From assembly GCA_023231475.1 (NCBI GenBank), contig JALJEE010000525.1, positions 62,001 to 101,104 of the forward strand: a DNA stretch of 39,104 bases, written 5' to 3'. The notes below the pieces were generated by a model, which searched no databases, had not been told where the DNA came from, and saw only the letters and a list, made by a program, of their open reading frames with translations. The translations under genes and the position numbers were made by a program. Numbering within the stretch: position 1 is the stretch's first letter; each line of letters begins with the position of its first letter. Shown here in pieces: positions 38,649 to 39,104 of the stretch. The DNA is from Seison nebaliae (Eukaryota).

Positions 38649-39104
38649 ACAATTTCTGATAAGTTAACTTCTCATGATTCCATTGTTTCCATTCCTGTTG
38701 TTAATGAGAACAATAAGATTAACAATAAGCAAAACGTATGGAATAAGAAGAAAAAATTAGATTTTTCTAAAAAACCAAAAATCATCGATGAAAACAATCG
38801 AAAACCAGTCACGAATGATAAGAATATCAGAGTGAGAAACTCTAAGAAAGTGAGGCATCCTCTGGTGGTCTGTGATGGAAACGTGGATTCTGACTTTGTT
38901 CCATTTAAGAAAGATCGATCGAAAGTCACGAGAAGAATTTTTCTAAAAGGTGTTCCTCGTTCTATGGATTTATCCATAATAGAAAAGCATCTGAAATCTA
39001 AACAAATTGAATGCCGTCAAATCTCAAGAGTCATGAAACTAAATGACGGTACAATTCTCAACAATGAAAACAGCAGCATCATCATCGCGACGAACTTGAA
39101 AGAT
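38649..39104 (+). mobile_element. Non-LTR retrotransposon ORF1-like open frame, running off the window
   Basis: 152 stop-free codons not in the ORF track (no stop before the edge): ...RRIFLKGVPRSMDLSIIEKHLKSKQIECRQISRV..., an RRM-like pattern typical of LINE ORF1 proteins; preceded by TAA at 38646 without a start ATG. Confidence 0.45.

Overview
AT-rich eukaryotic (metazoan-type) genomic DNA from a compact, gene-dense genome; taxon cannot be fixed from sequence alone. Splicing by hand gives ten protein-coding genes whose exon sums all close in frame: NEK4-like kinase, TMEM143-like, CEP95, an MS4A/CD20-like tetraspan protein, STUB1/CHIP, LRRC56, an intronless Argonaute with an intact DEDH tetrad, an ERK-type MAPK, a very divergent HCF1-like protein and Flower/CACFD1. 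There are also retroelement and transposon remnants, RFX X-box motifs ahead of ciliary genes, and about 6.5 kb at the left end with no recognisable gene. The most striking pattern is in splicing: all 20 inferred introns (mostly 44-65 nt) begin GTT rather than the usual GTA/GTG, and two canonical-looking GTAAG sites appear to be skipped, suggesting a lineage with re-wired 5' splice-site recognition. All homology calls are from recalled motifs, not database searches.
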